Assembly (NCBI GenBank): GCA_965263035.1
Contig: OZ253580.1
Coordinates: forward strand, 3,296,001-3,360,000
Length of the DNA stretch: 64,000 bases
Reading direction: 5' to 3'
Source: Acidobacteriota bacterium
Lineage (GTDB): Bacteria; Acidobacteriota; UBA6911; RPQK01; JAJDTT01
In this document: positions 55,590 through 64,000 of the stretch, in pieces
Layout of the letters: each line of letters opens with the position of its first letter
Numbering within the stretch: the first letter of the stretch is position 1
Position numbers and translations under genes: made by a program
Notes under the pieces: model-generated
Databases searched by the model: none
Told to the model about the DNA's origin: nothing
What the model saw: only the letters and a program-made list of their open reading frames with translations

Positions 55590-56391
55590 GGAGGGGCGAC
55601 TTCCAGTCGCCCAACAGGAGCGGCGGCTGTGCGCCAGGCTAACTGGCACAAGATAGGCGGTGAAAGTCCGCTGAAACGAAAGGACTAACCATCCACGTTT
55701 CTCCGCGAGCCGTGCGTGGGCGTCCGTGAGGGCGTCGGCGAAGCGTCGGTAGCGGTGCGTATGGGCAGGCTATTGAGCATCGAAAGCTCCTTGATCGGAA
55801 GTGCCGAGGCTGTAGTCGCGGTCGAAGGCAACACTGGCTGGACCGCCAAGGTGAGGGACGGCCGGGCTCCGCGGTGTCAAAGAACCCATGCACGTACGTA
55901 CATCTGGTGTCGGGACCTGGGAGGGCTTGGTCTCTCCCCGGCGAGAGCCGGGGCCTCGTGGGAAAGGAGAAAGCCGTAACCCATGAGGGGAAAGAGCAAG
56001 CAATCGGATACATCCATAGTAGTGATGAAGCGGGCGAACAAGGAGGGGGAACTCTCTGCGGAGTCGGTGGAGCGAAGGGGTGGAACCAAGGGGAATTCGG
56101 CTCACCAAAGTACGGACCGGACTCAGAGCCGGGCTACCGTGACACAGGCGGGGGTCGGATACGGCGGGCGTCGCGACCTGCCGTCATTACCTGAGGTAGG
56201 AGCCGTGTGCCTTAACGGGCACGCACGGATCTGCGCGGGGGGCGCTGGGCAACCGGTGTCCCTACCGCGACTTCTTGCTGCCGGGAGGGGCGACTTTCTT
56301 GTCGCCCACTGGGAGCGGCGGTTTTCTTGCCGCCGAACGGGAGGGGCGACTTTCTTGTCGCCCATTGGGAACGGCGGTTTTCTTGCCGCCG
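55590..56391 (+). repeat. Alternating REP-like palindrome array (6 units, B-A-B-A-B-A), second unit split by the intron
   Basis: B = GGAGGGGCGACTT(TCTT/CCA)GTCGCCC at 55590, 56284, 56340; A = GGA(G/A)CGGCGGTTTTCTTGCCGCCG at 55617 (split), 56312, 56368. Confidence 0.85.
55629..56271 (+). mobile_element. ORF-less group II intron (IIB-like, bacterial class E-like)
   Basis: 5' GTGCG; domain V GAGCCGTGTGCCTTAACGGGCACGCACGGATC (56200-56231, AGC triad); domain VI ending CCCTACCGCGAC; no RT ORF; removal restores an intact repeat unit. Confidence 0.92.
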
Positions 56392-56460
56392 ATCTCCGGA
56401 GGAACAACACGCCGACCAATTTATGGGCAATTCGAAAACCCACGCTTCAAAGGAGTCAAC

Positions 56461-57690
56461 ATGCACCGGTTTCACGTAATCCACTCCCTATGGGCATTGA
56501 TCCTGGGATTCGGCTGCGGTCCCTCCGGAGGCCCCGATGTCGAGCCGGCCGCTCCCGACCCCTTCACCCCCAACGGCGAAATCCGAATCACCCGGGACCA
56601 CCAGGTCATCGGAACCCTCCCCGCCGAATACATCCCCCTCGACTATCCGAACATGCCCTGGCGGGGTGACCCCGGCATCGGAATGACCCGGGACCGCGTC
56701 ATCTACGTCTCCCTCTATGCCCGGATCTTCCTCTCCCGCGACGGCGGAAAGACCTGGGAGAGCCGTTCCATCGACGTCGAGTCGCTGGATCCGCCCATGC
56801 GGGTCAAAAACTATGACTCCTTCGGCGTGCGCCGGGACGGCACCCTGCTCTGGGCCTACCGCGCCGACGATCCGCCCACCGACTTCCTGCTGCGAAGCAC
56901 CGACGGCGGCGAGTCGTGGCAGCCCTGGAGCCGGTTGGAAAACCTGTCGCCGTTCATCCGGGCGGGGGGGAACCAGAACTGCCTCCTGGAGCTTCGGGAC
57001 GGCACCCTCTTGTGGCCCACCATCATGGCCGCCCAGCATGCCTATGATCACACCGAGGACGCCTCGAAGCCGCCGCCCACCACCTACGTCTTCCGCTCCA
57101 CGGACGGAGGCAAGAGCTGGGAGGAAAAGCACGCCCTGCAGGAATGGGGGACCGAGACCAATCTGTTGGAACTGAACGACGGCCGTCTGCTGGCCGCCAT
57201 CCGTTACCAGCGCGTATTCGAAGCTCCGCCTCCGCAGAACGAACCGCCGGTTCTGATCGAGGAGCACGCCGGGCGGGAGATGCAAAAGAGCATCGTGGGA
57301 AAACGGGTCTTCCTGGCGGACTCGGCGGACGGGGGCCGGAGCTGGCAGAATTTCCGCCCCGTCTGGCGCCAGCCGGACGGACCCATGGATCTGGAGTTCG
57401 GCCAGGCCCACGGCCACATGGTTCAGCTTTCGGACGGCACGGTGGTCCTGGTGGTGGAAGACCGCTACCCCTATCCGGAGGGCGACGTCAGGGCCCGGAT
57501 CAGCCGGGACGGGGGCCAGACCTGGTTGCCCGAGGTCTACCATCTCAGCCCGGGGCACGGCTACGGCGGCAGCGTCGTCCTGGAGGACGACACCATCGTC
57601 ACCGCCTTGGGGAATACGCCGCTGGACGAGAGTGGTCGGCCGCAAGGAGACTACACGGCCCAGATCGTCCGGTGGCGGCTTCCGAAATGA
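56461..57690 (+). CDS. BNR/Asp-box (sialidase-family) lipoprotein
   Basis: AAGGAG RBS, lipobox GFGC; Asp boxes SRDGGKTW, STDGGESW, STDGGKSW, SADGGRSW, SRDGGQTW. Confidence 0.85.
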   Translation: MHRFHVIHSLWALILGFGCGPSGGPDVEPAAPDPFTPNGEIRITRDHQVIGTLPAEYIPLDYPNMPWRGDPGIGMTRDRVIYVSLYARIFLSRDGGKTWESRSIDVESLDPPMRVKNYDSFGVRRDGTLLWAYRADDPPTDFLLRSTDGGESWQPWSRLENLSPFIRAGGNQNCLLELRDGTLLWPTIMAAQHAYDHTEDASKPPPTTYVFRSTDGGKSWEEKHALQEWGTETNLLELNDGRLLAAIRYQRVFEAPPPQNEPPVLIEEHAGREMQKSIVGKRVFLADSADGGRSWQNFRPVWRQPDGPMDLEFGQAHGHMVQLSDGTVVLVVEDRYPYPEGDVRARISRDGGQTWLPEVYHLSPGHGYGGSVVLEDDTIVTALGNTPLDESGRPQGDYTAQIVRWRLPK

Positions 57691-57724
57691 GGCGTGCGGC
57701 GCACGGAGCCGTCACCGGCGACGA

Positions 57725-59290
57725 CTATCGGAAGCGAATGGAGTAGAGATCCGCGTCCCTGAGGACGAAGCGAAGGCGAACGGGCTGCCCCGCCAGGGAC
57801 GAGACGTCCACCCCATCCTGCCAGGCGGCGACGCGCTCGATCTCGTCCCCGACGATCTCCAACGAATCCTCCAGCGCATAGCCGGCGATGGGCTCCCCGG
57901 TGGGCGACTGGATTTCCACCCGGATGCTGCCGGCGGCGGAAGTGGAGGTGTTGAGCACCAGTTCCTTCCCCGAGAAAGTGAGCGGACGGGTCACCATTTC
58001 TCCACCGTCATAGGGAGCGTTGACCGACGCGAACCCGTCCACTCTCAAGACGTACCGCCGGATGTGCCAGTGGCGGGTGCCGGTCTCCCGGGTGACGTAC
58101 ATGGAGATCTCCCGCGGGCTGGTGGGCACCACGCCGCGAAGGGCGTAGGTGGTGCGCGTGATCCAGTTCCGCGCTCCCGGTCCGGGACGAATGAAACCCT
58201 CCCGGAAGGTCGTGTCATAGTGGTTGCCGGGTCCACGCGTGGTCATGAGGACCGTCTCCGAGCTGTCCATCCATCTTCCTTCCGGAACCCCGGCTGTCCG
58301 AGCCTCCTCGTCGGTCAGAACCTGGCGGCCCACCATGAGCCGGGCCGGGAAAGCGAGATAGATCTGAGGCGCCCGGTAATAGGGAAGCGTCAGGTTGATG
58401 TAGAGGTGGTTCTCCGGAATGGTCCCGCCGTCCCCGAAGGTCATGGGTTGGAACTCGGACCACTCGAACAGATTGGGGGCCGTGAGCCGCCCGATGGCCC
58501 GCCGGCCCACTGATCGATTCGGGGAGGTGAAGTAGCGTGAGTAGATGACGTACCGCCGCTCGATCTCCGACCAGAAAAAGGAAAAGTCACCGTCCAGAGT
58601 CCCGTACAGGTTGTCCCGGAAAAGCGGCCTGTCTCCGAGTCTCTCCCAGGCCTTCCCATCCTCGGAGACCCAGGGGATGACGTCGGTGGGAGATCCCTGC
58701 CACAATCCTCGTTCGTTCACCGTGAGCTTCCGGGCCAGTTCCTCTTCGGTGGGATTCGCCCGGTACCCCTCGTTCAACTTGAGCGCTATGAGGCGCCGGC
58801 CTGCAGGGACACCAGGCCGGGTGTCGAGATAGACCCTGGCGGCAGGCTCCTCCAGATGATCGTAGAGATACTCGCCGCCGGCCGTTCCCACCAAGTTGTT
58901 CTGCCGGCTCCCGTCGACCTCGATCAGGCCCAGCGCCGGCTTGGTCCAGTGGATCCCGTCCCGGCTCTCGGCATAGCAAAGCTGGTTGGAGCCGTGGTAG
59001 TACATGAGGTACTTGCCCCGGTGCAGGATCACGGTCTGGCCGAATCCGAGTTCGCCTTCCCAGGGCCGGTCGCCCCGGACCACCGTTTCCGCAGGCCTGG
59101 GATGATGGAGCTTGAGGCGAGCGCCCTTCAGGCGATCGATGAGGTGATGATCGACGAACAACTCCAGCCGGTCTCCCATCTCGACCAGGACCGGCCGGTT
59201 CAAAAGGGCCGGAGTTTCGGCGGCGGTTTCCTGGGCCGTGAGGAATACGAATAGGAGCCAGTGCAGGAAGAAAAGTCGGTAACGCAGCAT
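57725..59290 (-). CDS. Secreted beta-propeller glycosidase-like protein (paralog of 30974..32740)
   Basis: Signal peptide from ATG 59290; LELFVD, CYAESRDGIHWTKPALG, LRVDGFAS, GGEMVTRPL, DADLYSIRF. Confidence 0.78.
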   Translation of the reverse strand: MLRYRLFFLHWLLFVFLTAQETAAETPALLNRPVLVEMGDRLELFVDHHLIDRLKGARLKLHHPRPAETVVRGDRPWEGELGFGQTVILHRGKYLMYYHGSNQLCYAESRDGIHWTKPALGLIEVDGSRQNNLVGTAGGEYLYDHLEEPAARVYLDTRPGVPAGRRLIALKLNEGYRANPTEEELARKLTVNERGLWQGSPTDVIPWVSEDGKAWERLGDRPLFRDNLYGTLDGDFSFFWSEIERRYVIYSRYFTSPNRSVGRRAIGRLTAPNLFEWSEFQPMTFGDGGTIPENHLYINLTLPYYRAPQIYLAFPARLMVGRQVLTDEEARTAGVPEGRWMDSSETVLMTTRGPGNHYDTTFREGFIRPGPGARNWITRTTYALRGVVPTSPREISMYVTRETGTRHWHIRRYVLRVDGFASVNAPYDGGEMVTRPLTFSGKELVLNTSTSAAGSIRVEIQSPTGEPIAGYALEDSLEIVGDEIERVAAWQDGVDVSSLAGQPVRLRFVLRDADLYSIRFR

Positions 59291-59320
59291 TTGGAGTTTC
59301 TCCAGAGGAGGATTCGGCTC

Positions 59321-60613
59321 ATGATACTGGAAGAGGTGAGAGACACAAGACGAAGAATCGACATCGCCCTGTTCCTGGCAGCGGCCGGTTTCCTCTCTTG
59401 CGCGGCGCCGCGGAATGAAAAACCACCTCCTGCGTCCGCTTCCGCCGCCATTCATTTTACCGAGCATCTGATCATGGACGGGTACACCTATCCCTTCGGA
59501 ATCGCCGCCGCGGATCTGGACGGGGACGGCGACCTGGATCTGACCAGCGCCGACGCGCTCCCGCACAACGACCTCTACTGGTTCGAAAACGACGGGACGG
59601 GGGACTTCACCCGCCGTTTCATCCAAAAGGACGACCCCGAGCGTCTCGAGCGGCACGCCGTGGGGGACATCAACGGCGACGGGCATCCGGACGTGGTGAT
59701 CGTGAAGAACCTGCACGGAGACCTGCTCTGGTTCGAAAACAGCGGCAGTCCCCGGGACGGAGAGCTTTGGAAACGGAGAAACATCGCCAAGGGAACGTTG
59801 CCGGGCGCGTACGACGTGGCGCTGGCCGATTTCGACACCGACGGCGATCTGGACGTGGCCGCCTCTTCCTGGTGGTTGGGCTACCAGTTCGCCTGGTTCG
59901 AAAACCCGGGGAACCCCATGGACCCGGCGGTCGAAGCCTGGGATCAGCACCTGATCGAAGGCGATCTTCGGGAGACCACCACCATTCGGGCCGCGGATAT
60001 CGACGCCGACGGCGACTGGGATCTGCTGGCCACCGCCGCTCCCGAGGAGATCGTCCGGATCAACGGTGCGGAAGCCGGCGACGCCGTCGTTATCTGGTAC
60101 GAGAACAGTGGCCTCCCGGCGTCCGGACCCTGGAAGAGACACATGATTGCCGAAGCACCGCGGGCCCTCCACGGACAGCCGGTCGACCTGGATCTGGACG
60201 GCGACCTGGACGTGGTCATGGCCGCTGGCCGGGAGCTCACGCCGGGGCAATCGACCCACTCGGTCCTCTGGTACGAGAACGCCGGCGACCCGGCCGAGGG
60301 TCCGTGGCCGGTCCACGTGATCCGGGAGCCCTACCAGAATGCGTTCGAGGCGGATGCCGCGGATCTGGACGGCGATGGAGACGTGGACGTGGTGGCCACC
60401 GGTTGGGGCCAGCCGGGCCGTGTCGCCTGGTTCGAGAACGGGGGCGACCCCAAGGGCGAATGGACCATGCACGTGTTGAAGGACAATTGGCGGCGGGCCA
60501 ACCAGGTCATCATCGCCGACCTGGACGGAGACGGAGGCCCGGACCTTGCCGCCGTGGCCGAACGGGGCACTCTGGAATTCCGGTGGTGGCGGAACCAGGG
60601 TAGACAGCCATGA
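59321..60613 (+). CDS. FG-GAP/VCBS repeat lipoprotein (Ca-binding beta-propeller)
   Basis: Seven DxDGDGDxD repeats, most followed by W(F/Y)EN; lipobox FLSC. Confidence 0.88.
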   Translation: MILEEVRDTRRRIDIALFLAAAGFLSCAAPRNEKPPPASASAAIHFTEHLIMDGYTYPFGIAAADLDGDGDLDLTSADALPHNDLYWFENDGTGDFTRRFIQKDDPERLERHAVGDINGDGHPDVVIVKNLHGDLLWFENSGSPRDGELWKRRNIAKGTLPGAYDVALADFDTDGDLDVAASSWWLGYQFAWFENPGNPMDPAVEAWDQHLIEGDLRETTTIRAADIDADGDWDLLATAAPEEIVRINGAEAGDAVVIWYENSGLPASGPWKRHMIAEAPRALHGQPVDLDLDGDLDVVMAAGRELTPGQSTHSVLWYENAGDPAEGPWPVHVIREPYQNAFEADAADLDGDGDVDVVATGWGQPGRVAWFENGGDPKGEWTMHVLKDNWRRANQVIIADLDGDGGPDLAAVAERGTLEFRWWRNQGRQP

Positions 60614-61740
60614 AGATCGTGGAAAGAGGCATCCTGGCCGAGAGCGAGCCCGGCACCGACCGCGCCGTGACCACCTTTCCGGCGCTTGCCGTCCTCGCGG
60701 GCGGCGGCCTCCTGGCCACCTGCCGCGCCGGGTCCAGCAAGGATGGCGCCGACGAGTGTCCCGAGCTCTTTCGTTGGGACGGGGAGGCGCGGCGTTGGAG
60801 CGCTCCGAGCCGCCCCTGGACGGCCCCCACCGTGGACGGAGTGCGGGGATCGCTCAAGATCTGCTACCTCACCGAGACGGCGCCGGGACGTCTTCTGGCC
60901 GCCGGGATGTGGGTGGACCGCCAGACCTACCCGGGCGGTGGGCTGTTCAACCCGGAGACCGAAGGCTGCCTCCCCATGGCGGTGATCCTGGCCGAGTCCG
61001 ACGACCAGGGGAGGACGTGGTCGCCATGGCGGGTCGTTCCCATGCCGGAAGAAATCGGTCCGCCCAGCCTGACCAGTCCCGTCTTTCGCCTCGCCGATGG
61101 AAGGCTCGGGATGAGCATCGAGAGCAACAAACACTACGACGACGGGTCCAAGTGGTACCAGAAGGTGGTCCTCTTCCACACCCGGGACGGAGGTCTGACG
61201 TGGGGAGATCCGGTCGTGGCCGGTGAAGACCCGAGCGGACGCATCTTCAACTGGGACCAGCGCGTCGGGGTCGCGCCCGACGGCCGGATCGCGGCTTTCC
61301 TCTGGACCTACGACAGTGAGGCTAACAAGTATCTGAACGTCCACCGGCGCCTGAGCGCCGACGGCGGCCTCACCTGGTCCCGCGCTCAGGATCTGGGTTT
61401 CGCGGACCAGGCCGCCCATCCGGCCATCCTCCCCGACGGCAGAGTCGCGCTGGCTTGGGTGGACCGGTACGGGACCCACTCCATCCGGGCTCGGCTGGCC
61501 CGGAGCGTGGACGCGGATTTCGATTCGGCCAGCGAGGTGATTCTCTACACCCACGGCCCTTCAGGGTCGCAGGACTCGCCGGAGGATGAGACCGGAGAGC
61601 TGCTCTCGGAGATGTCCCTCTGGAGCTTCGGGTTGCCGTTCGCCGAAATCCTTCCCGACGGGAGTGTGATGGTGGTCTACTACGCTGGCGACGCCGACTC
61701 CATGAGCTGCTACTGGGCCCGCCTGGATCCGGATGCCTGA
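60610..61740 (+). CDS. BNR/Asp-box (sialidase-family) protein
   Basis: SDDQGRTW, TRDGGLTW, SADGGLTW; ATGA coupling. Confidence 0.82.
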   Translation: MKIVERGILAESEPGTDRAVTTFPALAVLAGGGLLATCRAGSSKDGADECPELFRWDGEARRWSAPSRPWTAPTVDGVRGSLKICYLTETAPGRLLAAGMWVDRQTYPGGGLFNPETEGCLPMAVILAESDDQGRTWSPWRVVPMPEEIGPPSLTSPVFRLADGRLGMSIESNKHYDDGSKWYQKVVLFHTRDGGLTWGDPVVAGEDPSGRIFNWDQRVGVAPDGRIAAFLWTYDSEANKYLNVHRRLSADGGLTWSRAQDLGFADQAAHPAILPDGRVALAWVDRYGTHSIRARLARSVDADFDSASEVILYTHGPSGSQDSPEDETGELLSEMSLWSFGLPFAEILPDGSVMVVYYAGDADSMSCYWARLDPDA

Positions 61741-63436
61741 CGCCGGCGGGGAAACGCCGGAAATCCACATCGAGATGGATGTCGAGGTCCCGGTCCGGGA
61801 CGGCCTCGTCCTCCGCGCCAACGTCTTTCGGCCCGAGGGCCCCTCTCCCTGTCCCGGCCTGCTGATGCGGACCCCTTACGGGAAGCCGGACAGCGGGTTC
61901 GAACCGTTCGTGCGGGCCGGCTACGCGGTGGTCGCCCAGGACAGCCGCGGCCGCTATGCCTCCGGAGGGGAGTACGTCCCGTTCACGGTGGAGCGGACTC
62001 AGGATGGGGAGGACGGGTACGACAGCGTGGAGTGGCTGGCCCTGCAGCCTTGGTGCAACGGCAAGGTGGGCACCTTCGGAGTCTCGTACAACGGCTGGAT
62101 GCAGTGGTCCCTGGCCCGTCTCCGGCCGCCTCACCTGGTGGCCATGTGCGCCAATTCCATCCCCCTGGAGATCACCGACCTGGACTGGTGGGGCTCCTTC
62201 CGTCCGGGCCGCCGGGTCAAATGGTGGATGACCAACATCGCCCCGGACCTGCGCCGCCGCCATGGGTTGCCTCCGCCCCACACACCGGAGCAGGCCGAGG
62301 AGATTTGGGACGGTCAGGAGCAGATGCGCTGGATCTGGTTCCTCCCCTGGATGGATCTTCCCAGGTACCTTCCACCGGGGCTTCGGAAATATGCTCGGGA
62401 CTGGTTCCAAGACCCGGCCCGCCGCTGCTGGCGATTCGACCGGGTCCACCACGAGGTGGAGGTCCCCAACCTGGACTTCAGCGGCTGGTACGATCACTGC
62501 AACGGTTCCATGGGACACTTGCAACTGATGCAGAAGCACGCCCGTACTGCGGAGGCGCGCGAACAGACCCGGCTCATCATCGGACCCTGGAATCATAAGC
62601 ACCTGGGGGAGCGCGCCCTCGGCTCCATCGACTACGGACCCGGGGCCCAGGTCGACCTGAGCCAGGTGATGATTCGCTGGTTCGACCATTGGCTCAAGGG
62701 AACCGGAGACGGACTGCGGCGGGAGGCGCCGGTGCGGTACTTCGTCATGGGATCGCAGGTTTGGAAAGGGGCCCAGACTTGGCCTCCACAGGATGGCATC
62801 GGCCAGTGCAAGTTCTATCTGGACAGCGACGGCGACGCCCATCGTCCGGACGGCTCAGGCAGTCTGCTGGCGTCGGCTCCATCGCGGTCCGGTGGAGATG
62901 CTTACGACTACGATCCCCAGGATCCGGTCCCGACGCTCTGGAGCCCGGAGATGTTCACCCAATCCTCCGATCGCTCCGCCCTCTCCCATCGCCGGGACAT
63001 CCTGAACTACCGGACCGGTCCCCTGGAGCAGGAGGTGGAGGTGGTCGGCTACCCCGAGGCCGTCCTCTTCGCCTCGACCTCGGCCCGGGACACGGACTTC
63101 TTCGCCCGGCTCGTGGACGAACATCCCGACGGCCGGGCCTTGGACGTCGGTTACGGCATGGTCCGCGCCCGGCACCGGATCTCCATGGATCGGGAGGACT
63201 TGGCGACTCCGGGTGAGATCGTCGAGTACCCCATCAGGCTGGGACCGACCGCCTGCCGGTTTCTCAAAGGACATCGAATCCGGGTGGAGATCACCAGCAG
63301 CGACTTCCCGAACCACGATCGCAACCACAATACCGGAGGGAACGATCTGGCCGAGACCGAGCTGGTGACGGCCCGTCAGGTGATCCACCACTCCCGGAGA
63401 AACCCTTCCCGGATCGTGCTTCCAGTAGCACGTTGA
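61733..63436 (+). CDS. CocE/NonD family hydrolase (peptidase S15)
   Basis: RTPYGK, QDSRGRYAS, GVSYNG nucleophile, GWYD, IGPWNH, SSDFP. Confidence 0.93.
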   Translation: MPDAGGETPEIHIEMDVEVPVRDGLVLRANVFRPEGPSPCPGLLMRTPYGKPDSGFEPFVRAGYAVVAQDSRGRYASGGEYVPFTVERTQDGEDGYDSVEWLALQPWCNGKVGTFGVSYNGWMQWSLARLRPPHLVAMCANSIPLEITDLDWWGSFRPGRRVKWWMTNIAPDLRRRHGLPPPHTPEQAEEIWDGQEQMRWIWFLPWMDLPRYLPPGLRKYARDWFQDPARRCWRFDRVHHEVEVPNLDFSGWYDHCNGSMGHLQLMQKHARTAEAREQTRLIIGPWNHKHLGERALGSIDYGPGAQVDLSQVMIRWFDHWLKGTGDGLRREAPVRYFVMGSQVWKGAQTWPPQDGIGQCKFYLDSDGDAHRPDGSGSLLASAPSRSGGDAYDYDPQDPVPTLWSPEMFTQSSDRSALSHRRDILNYRTGPLEQEVEVVGYPEAVLFASTSARDTDFFARLVDEHPDGRALDVGYGMVRARHRISMDREDLATPGEIVEYPIRLGPTACRFLKGHRIRVEITSSDFPNHDRNHNTGGNDLAETELVTARQVIHHSRRNPSRIVLPVAR

Positions 63437-63465
63437 CCGAAAAGTTTTCCCGCCAACGCGGCTGA

Positions 63466-63517
63466 TTTGCTATTAATAGCGAAAATCGACGCCAGTTTTG
63501 CTATCAATAGCAAAACT
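63466..63517. promoter_or_regulatory. Tandem palindromic operator-like sites GCTAT-NN-ATAGC
   Basis: GCTATTAATAGC 63469-63480 and AGTTTTGCTAT-CA-ATAGCAAAACT 63494-63517; centres 31 bp apart. Confidence 0.55.
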
Positions 63518-63523
63518 TTCCTA

Positions 63524-64000
63524 GGAGGGGACTTCCCACCCTTTGTCAAGGGGGAATCGACCCCCAGCGGGAGGCCCCGCTCTGGTCGCTACGCTCCCTT
63601 CACCGGGCCTCCCGCTGGGGGTCGCCTTTTCGCTGGCCATAGACCTCCTGGACCCTTCTCGGCCCGGAGCCCATTTGGTACCGGATGGACGCCCCGTGGG
63701 CCTCACCCTCGAGCTCCTGCAGCGGCCGCACACGGGCGAAGCCTGGAGTGGACCTCGGCCCGGATCGGGATCAAGCGGCACGGCGCTGTCTCGCATGATT
63801 CGGATCGAACAGGGTCTGGTCTCGCAACATGGCGCAGGCCACCGCCAGCAGACGGTCCGCAACGGATCGCAGGGCCCGGGCATGGCCGTGACCCCGCTCG
63901 CGCAGGGCATCGTACTTGGCCCGGCTGATCGGGTCGTGTTGCACGGCCACGCGGGCCCAGTGGTAGGTCGCCTCGCGCAGCCGAGGATGAACGGCTTGGC
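63524..64000 (-). mobile_element. IS110-family element, right end (continues beyond window)
   Basis: Transposase C-terminus plus ~245-bp non-coding end with TTGACA (63549-63544) about 20 bp inside the inferred terminus; exact boundary uncertain by a few bp. Confidence 0.75.
63771..64000 (-). CDS. IS110-family transposase, C-terminal part (partial)
   Basis: Manual translation QAVHPRLREATYHWARVAVQHDPISRAKYDALRERGHGHARALRSVADRLLAVACAMLRDQTLFDP...*; not in the supplied ORF track. Confidence 0.85.
   Translation of the reverse strand, partial: QAVHPRLREATYHWARVAVQHDPISRAKYDALRERGHGHARALRSVADRLLAVACAMLRDQTLFDPNHARQRRAA

Noticed and set aside
55590-56391. Possible CRISPR array
   Set aside because: Units alternate between two palindromes with 0-5 bp linkers; no unique spacers and no cas genes.
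55983-56669. 228-aa ORF as intron-encoded RT, and the 56275 start for the BNR gene
   Set aside because: No YADD or RT domains; it reads through ribozyme domains and repeats. The BNR gene has an RBS and signal peptide at 56461.
57725-60472. 915-aa minus-strand ORF
   Set aside because: The N-terminal ~395 aa are the antisense shadow of the FG-GAP gene; the real gene starts at the signal peptide near 59290.

Overview
GC-rich bacterial chromosome segment. The Acidobacterial-type VWA protein, carboxypeptidase-domain TonB-dependent receptors and many secreted sulfatase, BNR and glycosidase-like proteins suggest an Acidobacteriota genome, possibly a marine or host-associated lineage (inference). 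The backbone has housekeeping genes (mrp/apbC plus DUF971, arsC-like, tRNA-fMet, CCA-adding enzyme, thiI) and large catabolic/uptake blocks (three TonB-dependent receptors, SSS symporters, sulfatase, GGT, tandem TIM-barrel lipoproteins, BNR/FG-GAP propellers, CocE hydrolase). A lower-GC defence island (~33.3-45.4 kb) holds an ABC-ATPase + DUF4276 pair and a type I RM system. That system carries an embedded HEPN gene, an MNT nucleotidyltransferase fused to HsdS, a mini-ORF copying the HsdS tail, and a second HEPN-like gene. The main non-coding findings are: (1) a 643-nt ORF-less group II intron inserted in the loop of one unit of an alternating REP-like palindrome array, with an intron segment complementary to the exon junction; (2) two copies of a ~165-bp MITE, one of which has replaced the N-terminus of a secreted protein; (3) the 3' end of an IS110 element with a long structured non-coding end; (4) several operator-like palindromes and repeats. 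All calls come from reading the sequence and recalling family motifs; no searches were run.
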